A model generated the notes under the pieces. The model was not told where the DNA came from and searched no databases. It worked only from the letters and a program-made list of their open reading frames with translations. Both the position numbers and the translations under genes were made by a program. A stretch of DNA of 64,000 nucleotides from Octopus vulgaris (Eukaryota), in NCBI GenBank assembly GCA_951406725.2, contig OX597814.1, positions 151,838,001 through 151,902,000 on the forward strand, given 5' to 3'. Within the stretch, counting starts at the first letter, position 1. The number at the start of each line of letters is the position of its first letter. Shown here in pieces: positions 10,651 to 25,000 of this stretch.

Positions 10651-12679
10651 ATAAACAAAATTTTTACAAAGTACTTGAGAAAGGAAAAAGCAGAATAGGA
10701 TCTAGGAGATTCATATTTACCCATGTGAGAAAGAAAGATGTGTGAGCCCAGTTAGGTATTAACTAAAACTAAAGGCTATAACAGTTATTTGAAAATGTGA
10801 GAGAGGTTTTAGAGATGTTCCTTTTATAGATGAGAAAGGAGATTAGAAATATACATACATACTCATATGTATGTGTAATTCATATATATATGTGTGTGTG
10901 TGTGTTTGTGTGTATGCATATTTTTTCCTTGTCTCTGAAATTGATTTTGCCTTCCAGTCCATTGTTAATTCTCTCGTTCATCTCCACATCCTGGATTTTT
11001 CCATTAAGACATTTTTTTTTTTTCCTTTTGTGTTTCTTTGAAGAAAGTCTTGATATCATCTTTGCATGGCGGGCCTTATTATTAACATTGGGATATGTTG
11101 ACGATGTCCTAGATATTCACTCATTGCATCCAAACGTTTGCTTCTTTGTAGTACTGGGTTCTTCCATTATTCTCTCTCAGTGTGTTATATTCATTTGTTT
11201 TGTGTAATAACGTGTGTTAGTAGGTTATTCTATTGAGTTGGTGGGTTCTTATTATTCTTGTGTCAATACTTTTTCATTTTGTCTTAATGATTTCTAAATA
11301 TTAGAGCACCACGGAATATTTGTAATGCTAAAGGCTGGGCATATACCAATGCTGGATACATGAGTTGCCACAACATTTGATTAGCATCATGTGTACTGTT
11401 ACTGTTAGCCTGTTACACAGACTATTTTCATAACACCTGTACTATATATGAATTTTAGAATTAATCTTTTACTTGAGTTAGTCATTAGACTGCAACCAGT
11501 ACTTAATCTTTTCAGCCTGGTACTCATTCTATCATTCTCTTTTTGCTGAATCCCTAAGTTACAGGGATGTAAACACACCAACACTGGTTGTCAAGCAGTG
11601 GTGGGGTAAAAATACAAAGACACACACATACACACACATATATGTATATATATATATGTATGTATGTATATGTGATAACTTTTTCAGTTTCTGTCTACCA
11701 AATCCACTCACAAGGCTTTGCTTGACCTGAGGCTATAGTAGAAGACACTTACCCAAGGTGTCACGCAGTATGACTGAGCCTGGAACCATGTGGTTAAGAA
11801 GCAAACTCTTTACCACATAGCCACGCTAACAAACATGCTTAAGAATAACATACAATTTATTATGATGGTCAGTTAAATCCATAATCTCATTATGCCATAA
11901 GCTTAGCTGATAGCATGATTTGTTACGCACAGACTAGGTTAGGTGTTCGTGTCATTCATTTAAAAATGCCTTGTACATATTTTATGAGTTTCCAGACTGA
12001 TGAGTGACAAAGTTGACTTCAGTATGATTGATGAACCTATATAATTGTTTTTTTTTTTAAATATATAAATGAAATAAATTTAGACCTAATAATATTGTAG
12101 GGATGTCTAAACAAAGCAAATGAAAATAATTTGCTTAGGTAGCTGAAGGTTTAGTGGAATGACACTTTCATGTGTACATGGTGCAGTGAATTGTATGTGA
12201 ACTCTGCAGTTACCCCCCCCCCCCGCCCCAAAACGCTAGTGTTGGGTCTTTTAAAGTGATAAGCCATTTATAACTTAGCTTAACAGGTGATGGGAGTGGG
12301 TAGTGATGTAATGTATGGCATGAATTTCTAGAATTATTGCCCTTGTTGACAACATCAAGAGATATGAATCAATGACAAATAGCTGTGAGATTGCTTGATA
12401 TGCTAGAAATAGTAGCCAAATTCTTTCAGTTCAGATCCTACCATTTTTCTAAAAAAATAAAACACGTGGGACAATGTGATTTACAAAAAAGTGGGAAGGT
12501 CATGACTGGATGATCTTTCATAATAAGTTTGCTCACTGAAGGCTGAATAACAGCGTCAGTACATAACAGCATAAAATATATTTTAGAGATGTAATAATGC
12601 CTTATGAGAATTTTGGAGCTTCAAAATAAAGATTGTAAATGTAGGAAAAAGAAGTCTGGGAAATCTGAGTTGTTCAATA

Positions 12680-13160
12680 TTATTTTCTACTCTAGGCACA
12701 AGGCCTGAAATTTTTGGGGATGGGAGCCAGTCAATTACATTGACTCCAGTACGCAACTGGTACATAATTCATTGACCCTGGAAGGATGAAAGGCGAAGTT
12801 GACCTTGGCGGAATTTGAACTCAGAACGTAAAGGCAGACGAAATACTGCTAAGCATTTTGCCTGGCATGCTAATGTTTCTGCCAACTCACCGCCTTAAAT
12901 ATTCTTTTCTACTCTAGGCACAAGGCCCAAATTTTGGGGGAGGGAACCAGTCAATTAGATTGACCCCAGTACACGACTGGTACTTAATATCAACCCTGAA
13001 AGGATGAAAAGCAAAGTTGATCTCTGCGGAATTTGAACATAAAGATGGATGAAATACCCGTTTCTTTATTACCCACAAAGGGCTAAACATAGAGGGGACA
13101 AACGGATTAAATCGATTACATTGACCCCAGTGCGTAACAGGTACTTAATTTGAACTTAGA
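12680..13160 (-). mobile_element. tRNA-headed SINE family B, tandem cluster. Other copies: 13729-13958+, 17020-17215-, 25290-25490-, 31905-32530- (three units), 51935-52110-, 58235-58650+ (dimer), 60276-60485+
   Basis: GGCGGCGAGCTGGCAGAA..GTTAGCA...GAGTTCAAATTC.GCCGAGGTCGACTTTGCCTTTCATCC...AGTACCAGTT consensus recurs in all copies. Confidence 0.85.
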
Positions 13161-15158
13161 ATGTAATGCCTTATGAATTGTTCAATATACAATGGGTTAG
13201 ATTTTAAATGAGGTAAAGAAGATGGTTATGAATATTTAATTAGATTGTGGTGCTGTGAGCTCTGAATCAAGCCTCACCCAGTAGACATAATCAAAGATGT
13301 TGTGACCATCCTTGTTTTTCTTATTCATTTATTCTTTTTTATTGCAGGCAATCTACATCTAGAACTACTTTATCTTATGTAGGCATTTATTTTTAGGATG
13401 GGTATGACTTGGGAGTAGTTTGGCAGCTTTTTATAGTGACAATATACAATACCTCGTTGGTTTGTGGTTAGAGACTTCCCAGTTGGAACCTAACTAAAAT
13501 GTCTTGACATAGAAAATGTAATGAAATATTTATTGGAGTTGTGTAGTTAAGATTGCTTCTGGACCATGTGGCTTTGTGTTCAGTGCCATTGTGTGGCACC
13601 TCAGGTAAGTGCTTTCTATAAGAATTCCAAAGAATTGTGAGTAGATTTTGGTAGATGGACGTCATTGTCTACAATGAGTGAGTGAGCACATGAAGAAGAG
13701 GGAAATGTGAATACACACACACACACATGGCAAGCTGGCAGAATCGTTAGCATGCCGGGCGAAATGCGTAGCCGTATTTTGTCTGCTATTTCGTTCTGAG
13801 TTCAAATTCTGCCAAGGTCGACTTTGCCTTTCATCCTTTCGGGGTCGATTAAATAAGTACCAGTTACGCACTGGGGTCGATATAATCCACTTAATCCGTT
13901 TGTCTGTCCTTGTTTGTCCTCTCTGTGTTTAGCCCCTTGTGGGTAGTAAAGAAATAGATATAAATGGGCATCGTTATCATACAAACTGTTTCATTTATCT
14001 CCAGTCTTCCATGACAACATGTTTTCAGGAAGACTATCTGACTGTAGAAAATCTGCCTCAACAAACTCTATCAGATCCATGTAAGTAAGTGGACATTAAG
14101 ACTATGATGATGATAATAATGTTGATGGATATTCAAGATGTAGCTGGCGCACTTGCAAAATGAGTAAGGCTCAGGCTTGCAACAAGTATGCTTTTTGCTA
14201 AGTGTTTTACATTCAGACACTTTTGGCTCTTTCACTCTTCACTGGGTTGAACATTGAGGATGTGTCAACTGAAGCTTGAGAAAGCAGCACAGTGCCTTGC
14301 TCAAAGTCGTGTGCATCCTGCTTCAGGAATTGATGCTAAAACATAATACATAACCACTAGTTTATATGAGTATGTGTTTATGAGTTCAAATTACTTGAGT
14401 GTTAGTAAAACGCTGACAAATGTGAAAATACTGAAATATGGACCCAGAATTCATCTCTTAACTCTTAGTGGCTGTTTATAATAAATTAGGAGTTACAAAC
14501 CTACAGTTGTGAGATTTGGTCGCATAAAATCCTACTAAAACTTTACCCCAACAGGTGCTTCTTACATCTCTCTTCTGCCATTACTAAGAAGCAAAATTGT
14601 TACAAAATTTTGTAAAAATCCCCCAAAATTTAAACAGTATAAGAATGAGCAGGGTTTCTGGTCATGTCTGTTGCTCTTCATATTACTTAACATTTTGCAT
14701 TTGGGTTTGGAGAAAGCATTGAAAGAATAACATACTTATTAGAAATTTAAACATCTTATTGTCAGGCAAAAGATAAATGTGTCTGTCTGTCTGTCTATTC
14801 TTTTATTCTTGTTTCAGTCATTTGACTGCGACCATGCTGGAGCACCACCTTTAGTTGAACAAATCAACCCCAGGACTTAGTTTTTGTTAGCCTAGTACTT
14901 ATTCTATCAGTCTCTTTTGCTGAACCACTAAGTTACGGGGACATAAACACACCAACATCGGTGGTCAAACGACGGTGGGGGGACACAGACACACACATAT
15001 ACTACGGGCTTCTTTCAGTTTCCGTCTACCAAATCCACTCACAAGGCTTTGGTCGGCCCAATGCTATAGTAGAAGACACTTGCCCAAGGTGCCACACAGT
15101 TGGACTGAACCTGGAACCATGTGGTTGGGAAGCAAGCTTCTTACCACACAGCCACTCC

Positions 15159-15202
<44 letters not shown>

Positions 15203-15339
15203 AGGAGGCACAAGCGCTTACACAACGGTAACTTTCACTTACCAAATTCAATCACAAGACTTCAGTCAGCCTGAGGTTATAATAGAAGATACTTGCCCAA
15301 GGTGCCATGCAGTGGGGCTGAACTCAAAACTGTGTGGCT

Positions 15340-15373
<34 letters not shown>

Positions 15374-16999
15374 AACTTTTATTTATTTCAGTCATTAGAC
15401 TGTGGTCATGCTGGGGCACTGACTTGAATTTTGGTTGGATGAATTGATTCCAGTATTTTTTATTTTTGTAAGTCTGTTACTTATTCTATTGGTCTCTTGC
15501 CAGCCATTAAGATACGGGGGGGGGGGGATATAAACGCACTAACAAACCCATATATATCTGTCTAGTAGATAGGTATACTCTACCCCCTTTACTTTTCCCT
15601 TCCCCCACATTATTTACTTTTATCTTATCTTACCTTCATGCACAGCTATGTATAATGAACCACCAGTGTATAATTTTTGCTGATACTGCACACCTCCTAC
15701 ACAACCCTTTTCACTATCTTATCTAAGTGTTTCTCATTAACCCTTCGATGCTACTTTACACTTCTCTCACAGTAAATCTGTCCCTCTACATCATGGAGTT
15801 GCTCTCTTTTGCTTTGAAAGCCACAAGGTAACCCAACAGTACTGGTAGCACAAAAGGCACTCAGTGCACTCTAAGTGCTTGATAATTTATCTGAACAGTG
15901 ACAAGGCCAAATTTAAAAGGACTCTTTAGTCTTGCTCGTAGTAATGCAACCTCTTTAGTGCTGGCACCGTGAAAAGTGCACTCAGAACATTGTAGAGTGG
16001 TTGATGTTAGGAAGGGCATCCATCTGTAGAAAGCATGACAAAAATGACACAGTAGAAGATTCCACTGAATCCTGATGAAGTGTCATTCCCGTGCCAGCAT
16101 GGAAAGTGAAAGTAAAAAGATAACGGTATGTGTATATAAAATAAAAATTAGCTAAAAAGTGGGAGGGGGGACACTCAGCAAGGGCTGTAGCATGTATTTG
16201 CACAAGAAGGATGATTAAAGATCATGATTAAGGTCATAAATGTATTCCGTTCTTTTTTTTTTTTTGCTCCAGTATGGCCGCAGTCAAATGACTGAAACAA
16301 GTAAAATAATATATGTATATGTCAAAGTGTGCTCTCAGCTAGAGTTAACCCTTTTGTTACTAACCCGGCTCTGGCTCTGTGGTAAAATGTCTTGTTTTCA
16401 TAAGTTTTGAATTAAAATATTCCACCAAGCCTTAGTCACAATTTATGTTCCAAACACTAGCTTAATGATATTTTACTAAATTCTTTGTTATATTTAAAAT
16501 GATTGAAAGAAACACAGAACATCTCAAAAAGTAGGACAACGGCTATGCCTGTTGATGCAGATACACATGTCCACAGCTGTCCTCTTACCCCCAGGCAGTC
16601 TTTTCCCTGGATTCATGAGAATGTCCCCACTTTTCATTTGTCACAGTTACCACCAAGTGATTGTTATACCTTTTCAGAAAAATGGAGATAATTTAAACTA
16701 ATCAAGAATTTAATCGTGTATCTAATAGATACCCTTATTTAAATTTTGGTGCATGCGTACACATACGCACTCGCATACATCTATATGCACACACACCTGT
16801 ACATACAGCTACATGCATTTGTTACAGAGGATATGGAATTGTTTCAGTTTCAATAAAAAACGCGCGCGCGTGCACACACACACACACACACACACGTGTG
16901 TATTCTATTTTACTTTATCCATGTTCTAAGGTAGATAAATTGTCAAATTGCTTGACATCTCTTTGGTCAGATATGTCCATCAACGTGTGAAAATCCTTA

Positions 17000-18548
17000 T
17001 GTGTTTTTATGTGTATGTGGGAAATCAGTCGATCATAACTACTTCAGTACTCGACTGGTGTGAGTGTGTGTGTGTGTGTTTTTATCGATTCCCAGAATAA
17101 TAAACGATTTAAATCGATCTGGCGAGATTTAAACTCGGAACGTAAAGGGCCGTAACTAAATTCTGCAAAGCATTTTGTCCAACGCTCTAACGATTCTGCT
17201 AATCCACCGCCGTCAGTCTAAACATTTCATGTATATGTATTATAATATGTGTAATAGATACTACAAATACAGATGTCACATAAGTATCAGATAACTTTGG
17301 GGGGACTGCTTCTTGCATCAGAGTGATATCTATCACTCTTGATTTCTGTCAAATTTATATCTCGAACGACCCGACACACAAACACACATACACACACACT
17401 CGGCGACACAACGGTCTCTTTAATTTGAAAAATATGTCGAAAAAAAAGCGGACTGTCAGATCAAAGTAAGTGCCAAAAGTTATCCTTATTATTACTCTGA
17501 TGGTAACTATTAGCATATGAACGAAATCATCACAGAGTATGTTACTGGTTGTATACATATATATATATATATAAAGGTCCATACTAGACTACGGTTAATT
17601 TGTTTACATAGATACTCAGACAACCCCCTAAGCTAACATGATACCCACACACACACATGCTTGGATTGGTGATGATTGATTGCAGCTTTCCGTTTCGAAA
17701 AATAAGAGTTTAATATAGAACTGGAATAATAATTGATTGTTTATTTCATCTGATACATCACTTCTATTAATTTTTTTCTTTAAGTATTCAGTTGTAATAT
17801 TTCTCGCCTTTCGGGGGATGTGGTTAGAAGGTTAAAATGATGTTTTGATGATAACATTTTGTTAGTATCCTAATTTATTGTCATTTTTTTTTCCATTTCG
17901 AATAGATCTGTTTATTTGTACACATAGACATTATACAGTTTATTGTCTCGATGCTGTTATCTGTTGAATGTTTATAAATCAATATCTTTTCTGTTAAGGC
18001 TGAATGGAATGTAAGTAAAAAAACGAAGGCTTCTAATGAGCAATTATTACATACCCCACGATACACACACACGTTTGGTATTTATGAGTATATAATATAT
18101 ACGCATGTCATGCATGTTCCTGTTTAGCCCTAGGTCAGCCCCTGGTCGGGCAAACATGATCAAACGTATTCTGTGACCTCACACCTTTTTTGTGTTCGGA
18201 CTATATGTGACTATATTTATTATTCAGAATGTCCATTCTTAAGACTTTCACTTCTGACAGCTAATAGCATGACAGTGCCGACAGAAGAGGAAATGGTTGG
18301 AGGGGTATTTAGCTGCTGTTACTGGCATTGAACGGCGACGTAGATGTTCATTTGGTTCGTTGTGCACGCGTGTAACACATGCGTATACGTTATACATATA
18401 TAATCACGTGTCATACATATACATACATGCTTTTAAAGTGTATAATATTGATACATTTTATTGTTATTCATGCATTTGTGTAGATCTGTACACACCTGCA
18501 TTTGAATATGATATTTATGTGTGTGTGTTTCTGTATCTATCTATCTAT

Positions 18549-18587
<39 letters not shown>

Positions 18588-20350
18588 TTGTGTGTGTGGT
18601 CTGCGATATATTTTATACACACGTGTGAGATATACTTATAACTTTTTAATTTAATTTTCTTTGTTGTTTTCTCATTTCTGCTTCTTATATACGATCGTCC
18701 TGTTGTATATGAATGAATGTTGTTATCAGTCATATCGTGGACGAGTCACTTTCAGTTTTCAACATACCATTCGATGCCAAGCATGCACCTATCTGATTTA
18801 TTATAAGAAACTCTCTCCCGTTGCACCCGGCTAACAATTTCATTGAACGCACGAGTTGAAGGAATATATATTTATATATGTGTTTAAGAAATTATTGAAA
18901 TTAAGTTTTGGGGTCTTTCGAAGCATGCAGAATTATGCTACGTGTTTTCGGTTTAAGTTGGGTATACTAAATAGGTAAATTAATATATAACGTCATTTAT
19001 ATGTTGTTTTAAGGAAGATATCCCAAAGCGGCTTAGCTCATAAACTGACACGAGATATTTAGTTTGTCGGCCACACACATAATGAGAGTGAGAAAGAGAA
19101 AAGAGAATCAGGTGATTGTTCTGACCGAAGGTAGTCGTTTGAGGACAATCGTCATTTACATTTTTGAATTCGATACAAAAATAAAAACAATTGGTAACGA
19201 AATAGTTTTCCGTGAGTGATGAACACAAGTGAAATGTCATAAAAACAAAGAGAGGGGTTATCCCGAGCGGTGGCGCATTAAAAAACTAAACTGTTATTCC
19301 AGCAAATAAAAATTATTGTTGTTCTTTAGCTACAGGACCGGTCAATTCTAATCGAGCGGACCTATGATCAAAGGCACAGCAGTTGTGAACATTCCCCTTT
19401 TTAGGAGTTGGTTTATGTGTATCTTTCCCTTATTAAATGTTAGGGCAAAAATTAAAGATTTGTCAGCTATTGTTTCTAGCCAGTGATTCGATCTCGTAGA
19501 CAGTCCTTCGTAGCTTCCCTTATCACTGATCAAAGTTTATGTAATTAGCTATTTTTCTCATGCACAAATTATGCCTTTATTGTTTCTTCACTATTATCTA
19601 TATCTGAACCTTACTTCAGCTATTTCATTGCGTGCCCTGGTCAAGGAGAAACTGCTTACTTCGTTTACTTTGAAAGACCAGCGGTTCTAGTTCACAGTCG
19701 AAAGGTTAATAATAAGAAAGATATTCGACTGTGCCCTTACTCCAACCCTATCATATGGATTAATAAAAGAAACATGTTTATGTAAAAGCTAAAAATAAAA
19801 ATAAAAGATCGCATCATCAACTTGTATATGATAAACTGAGATGTAATAATAACCCGGACGAGACATTGTCACTAATATCTCATTATTAATGCATTAGTTA
19901 TGGGTGCTTAAAAGGGACATTAAGATTAGGTAAATATGTAAAATACATTTTAAATCTGTTTACGATTTAAAACTGCTGCAAATTGTAAAAATAAGGATAT
20001 CAGTATTCATATTTACAGTGTTTGTGCGTATTAAAAAAGCGTTATTGTCAATTTTAAGCGAGTGTGATTTGGTAGCCTGTACTACACTTTCCTTAATGCG
20101 TACGTAGTTGTATATCGATACAGACATGCACTGGGACCTCCCATCCTTGACCCAGTGGAACATTGTGGATGTGATAAGCTGGAGAGGGAGAAGGCTGCAT
20201 CAAAAATAGGCTGGTGCTTATTTACAACAGAGTAACACGAAATGAAATACCTTGCTCAAGGACACATTCAGAGAAAGGCCATTCGACTGGTTGGCTTAGA
20301 TCACTTGCAGACATGTTCAAGCCTCTAGGCTACAGACGTACTGTTTTCTC
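17000..20350 (+). promoter_or_regulatory. CpG-retaining promoter/first-intron zone of VMP1
   Basis: CpG dinucleotides are visibly frequent here, including in the SINE copy at 17020-17215, whereas flanking DNA and homologous SINE copies show TpG/CpA decay. It contains the candidate first exon. Confidence 0.55.
17434..17465 (+). CDS. VMP1: Probable distal first coding exon of VMP1 (MSKKKRTVRS + 2 nt); 5' UTR probably starts around 17350
   Basis: ATG at 17434 with A at -3, open to a consensus donor AA|GTAAGT at 17466. The phase-2 end joins in frame (AA+T=Asn) to the exon starting at 54140. It lies in a CpG-retaining region. Inferred; no transcript evidence. Confidence 0.6.
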
Positions 20351-20656
20351 ATACTACTTTTTCTGCTTTTACTACAATGATCTCTGCTTCTTGGAGCTGT
20401 GTGGTCTCATGCCGCTTCTACCCAGGCCCTCCCAACTTACTTGTCTCTCCTCTTCTCTCATTGTCCTCATTGGTGTTTAACCTCTAGTCCATGTAATAGC
20501 TACTACATACTCTCCATTCACCTCACTATGTTCACCCTTTGAAATTCTTTCCCAGCTCATGTCACTTCCCTTATCAATGACTTGCAATAGCTTTAGTGGA
20601 ATAACAGCATCAATCTCAACTACTTTTGATAGCCTGCACTATCCCTTCCTCCAGTC

Positions 20657-20698
<42 letters not shown>

Positions 20699-21079
20699 CA
20701 TAGATGCCAGTCTCTCCACCCTGCAGGTGGTGGCTGAATATACAATGTTTTATATGCATCCACTACTGGTTGCATATTCTTGACTTCTTGCACACTACAT
20801 CCAACATATTACAACTATTATATAATTCTGAGCCCCCAGAAACAGCTGTTGGACATCTCACCTTAGTTTTCTATATCTTCTGTACTCCATGTAAATCTGT
20901 TCTGTAAATATATAAATGTCTATATTCTTATTCATGAATGAATTCATATGTCAGATATATAATTGTTAAAGAGGACAACAAACCTTAAGGCAAGGCAAAC
21001 CTCTCAAGTCATATACATTATTATTGAATTTTTTTCCAATGATAATTAATGTATATATCTACAGTTGTGATTAAAGAAA

Positions 21080-21280
21080 AGCAACAGAATTAGAAAAGAA
21101 ACTCCAGTTGTGAAAGCAGAACCTGGAACTGAAGGGCTTAACTTAGTAAAGTCTGAAGTTCTAATAAGCAGGAAAGCAGATAGGACACTACCCACATCAA
21201 GTAAATGGCCTTGCTTGATTTGTAGGAAATATCTGGGTAGGAATTCAATATGGTGTGCCCAGTGCACGCTACCACATTAC
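21080..21280 (+). mobile_element. RTE ORF2 internal fragment with a Cys-rich segment
   Basis: GLNLVKSEVL...KWPCLICRKYLGRNSIWCAQC resembles the Cys-rich insert after the RT core of some RTE elements. Confidence 0.6.
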
Positions 21281-21735
21281 AGCATATATCAGTAATCATA
21301 ATTACAGCATGTATAGTCTCAACATACCATAGATTACTTTTTAAGCATGTTATAAACATTGTACATAGTCTTCTTAAGTCTTTCTGTATGGTCAACAGTC
21401 ACTGACACCTGGTTTACTGTTGTTTTCAGTGGGTCATTTTTGACGGTTTACTTCAGAGCAAAATAAGTTATTGAAATGTTGATTTCTGATACTGGTACTA
21501 AGTCATATATTTCTGCGGGAAATATGTAATCAATTGATCAAACTAACCTCTGTATTTGACTGGTACTTCATTTATCTCTCCCCTGAAGGATGACGTGCAA
21601 TGTTCACATCATCAGGATATTGCAGTCACCGTTGTTATCATTTAACATCTGTTTTTCCATGCTTGCATGAGTCAGACAGAATTTGTTGAAGCAAGTTCTC
21701 TTCTCTAGTTGGATGTACACATGCACACATATGTG

Positions 21736-21767
<32 letters not shown>

Positions 21768-21979
21768 TGATGGGCTTTTTTCAGATTTCATCTGTCAGAT
21801 CTACTCAAAAGGCTTTGATCAGCTTGGTGCTGTAGTAGAAAACACTTCTCCTGGGTGGCATGCAGTGGAATTGAACCCAGAAACATATGACTGGGAAACC
21901 AGTGTTGTAATCATCATCATCATCATCGTTTAACGTCCATTTTCCATGCTAGCATCGGTTGGACAAAACAATGTGTGAC

Positions 21980-22076
21980 GCTTCCAGCACCTAGGTTTCC
22001 CAAGCGGTCACCCATCTAAGTACTAAATTGGCTCGACGTTGCTTAACTTCAGTGATCGGACGAGAACCAGTGCTTT
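21980..22076 (-). pseudogene. 5S rRNA pseudogene, 5'-truncated (about 97 nt)
   Basis: The minus strand reads AAAGCACTGGTTCTCGTCCGATCACTGAAGTTAAGCAACGTCGAGCCAATTTAGTACTTAGATGGGTGACCGCTTGGGAAACCTAGGTGCTGGAAGC, a recognisable invertebrate 5S sequence with box A/box C. It lacks the first ~20 nt and an oligo-T terminator. Confidence 0.92.
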
Positions 22077-25000
22077 ATTTATAATAATTTGTAATTGTTC
22101 ATTATCAAAGACAATGCCTGTTTAAGAAGCTAAGCTAAACCTGACTTCCTATATCTAACAGTTGGAATATATGATCCATCTTATACAACAGATGAAATGC
22201 TTAAGGTGTTTTCCTAAATGGTAACATATGTAATTTAAGTAAGTTCTTGACTGGCTTTGTTTCCTTCTCCTGTTATTTCCTTTGATTCATTAGTCAGGAT
22301 AAAATAAGATGAGAGGTTAATCTAGTGTTAATTGAAGTGTTAGCCTCACAGTGTAACATCTGCATAAATTAGTTTTAATCAGATATAAGATAGATTAATG
22401 ACTTGCAGTAACGGTTTGTGATTATTCAGCAAGACAGTGAGGGAGTTATCAGAAAGTGAGGCTAAGATGTCAAACTTCAAACAATAGCGCTGCCACCAGA
22501 GAAGAGGATTACTATTTATAAAGGCAAAACAATGAATGTACTATTACAAAGCATTATTGTCTGTAAGCATATCTTCTCAATGAAAGGGATCTATAATCTC
22601 TGTTTTAATGCCAATTGCACATTTTGTAATTTGTTAATCCATGTGTAGCAAACTAATAAATGTTAAGCTTGTTGAATGTTGTACTGAATATGTGAGGAAT
22701 CCCTATTTCATATACAGTCTGTGTATGATTCATCATCATCATACGTCCGCTTTCCATGCTAGCATGGGTTGGACGATTTTGACTGAGGGCTGGCGAACCA
22801 GATGGCTGCACCAGGCTCCAATCTTGATTTGACAGAGTTTCTACAGCTGGATGCCCTTCCTAATGCCAACCACTCCGAGAGTGTAGTGGATGCTTTTTAC
22901 GTGCCACCGGCACGGGGGCCAGTCAGGCAGTACTGGCAACGGCCTCGTTCGAATCTTTTTACACATGCCACCAGCACAGGTGCCAGTAAGGCGACTTTGG
23001 TAACGATCATGCTCGAATGATGCCCTTTTATGTGCCACTGGCACGGAAGCCAGTTGGTTGCTCTGGCAACGATCACGGTCAGATGGTGCTTGTAATTAGA
23101 TATTATAATTAATATGTGGCTCTTCTCTTAGTGCATGGCTTAGTAGTTAAGGCATTCATCTTACAATCATAAGGTTGTGAGTTTGATTCCTGGCAGTGAA
23201 TTGTGTCCTTGAGCAAGACATTTTATCTCATGTTGCTCCAGTCCACTCAGCTGGCAAAAATGAGTTGTACTTGTATTTCAAAGGGCCAGCTTTGTCACAC
23301 TGTCTTGCTGAACCTCCCTGAGAAATATGTTGAAGTTGTGTGTGTCTGTACGTTAATTTCATGAGCAGGCTATACCATTGATTGGATCAACTGCAATACT
23401 TGTCATCATAACGAGTGCTATCAATATCAAGTCATCCCATTGATAAATGTTCTGTTATTGTAATATCTTAATTGAATGTTTATACAACCTCATTCTCACA
23501 CAAGATACCATACTCTTTACTCTTGTGACTGTGGTCATGCTGGAGCACCGCCTTTAGTCGAGCAATTCGATCCCAGGACTTATTCTTTGTAAGCCTAGTA
23601 CTTATTCTATCGGTCTCTTTTACTGAACTGCTAAGTTATGGGGACGTAGACACACCAGCATTGGTTGTCAAGTGATGTTGGGGTGACAAACACACACACA
23701 TATATATATGACGGGCTTCTTTCAGTTTCTGTCTACCAAATCCACTCACAAGGCTTTGGTCAGCCTGAGGCTATAGTAGAAGACACTTACCCAAGGTGCC
23801 ATGCAGTGGGACTGAACCTGGAACCATGTGGTTCGTAAGCAAGCTACTTACCACACAGCCACTCCTACGCCTACCATGTTTAATTACAATTTATAAGTTT
23901 TTGTGTGTGTGTGTGTGTACCCTTGTCTTGACATCATCTAATGGTTGTAAACGAGCATCTCTGTCATACAAGTGGTGTTGTTAGTTTCTAGTCTTCCGTG
24001 AAAAACAAGAGTAGCCATCGGGAAATATTATCTCATTCAGAAACAGGTTAGGGTTGGCAACAGGAAGAGCATCCAGCTACAGAAACTCTTCCGCAACGAA
24101 TTCTGTCTGGTATTGCTAGCATGGAAATGTGAACATTTAATATCTAAAATAAACCAGCCAGTAATATAAAGTTATCTGTAAGAGTTCAAAGAAACTTATA
24201 AGTAGAAGAAAGTTACATACACGTGCAGATGTGGCAGTGTGGTAAGAAGTTTGCTTTCCAACCACATGGTTCTGAGATCAATCCCACTATGTGACACATT
24301 GGGCAACGGTCCCTACTGTAACATTGGGCTGACTAAAACCTTGTGTGTAGATTTGGGAGGCTGAATGAAGCCCATCATATAGAAATGTATGTGTGTGTCT
24401 TTTGTTTGTTCCCCATCACCACCATTTGACAACTGGCGTTGGGGGTTGTTTTATGTTGATTTGTTCGACTAAACCCTTCAAGGCAGTGCTCCAGCATGAC
24501 CACAGTCCAGTGACTGAAACAAGTAAAAGATAAAAGAAGAATGCCATGAAAGTTATGAATGAATTCTACACTCCAAGAAGTATATCTTACTCATTAGTTT
24601 CAATTTTTATGCCCCGTTCACAATGTTCTATTCAAGTTATGTGTTATTCTTGTTGACTGGATCTATATATCTTAGGCTCTACATTAATCAACAGTTAGAT
24701 TTCTCCCAGCCCTCTTAACATGTCTTTTCAGCTGCTGTGATTACAGCTTTCACTGTTTAATTTTGATAAGATAATAAATAGCAGCTGATCACAATAATAA
24801 TGTTACTGAAACCTATAAATAAATTGTTAAGTACTCCAGAGCAGTGGTAGGGAGTCTTTTCTTTTTCTTCTTTTTAGTGCCAGGGGGTAAACAGTAAGTG
24901 CATACGAACTTGTGCCGGCACATTTGTATAAAGTAAAATAATGGATCTTTAATCTTAGAAATCTATGTTTGCAGCATATACATGTGACTTTCGATTTTAA

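Noticed and set aside
16503-16691. 62-aa ORF upstream of the promoter zone
   Set aside because: It starts within a MITE fragment, with no recognisable homology or supporting splice structure.
21980-22076. Functional 5S rRNA gene
   Set aside because: The first ~20 nt are missing so helix I cannot form, there is no terminator, and it is a single copy rather than an array.
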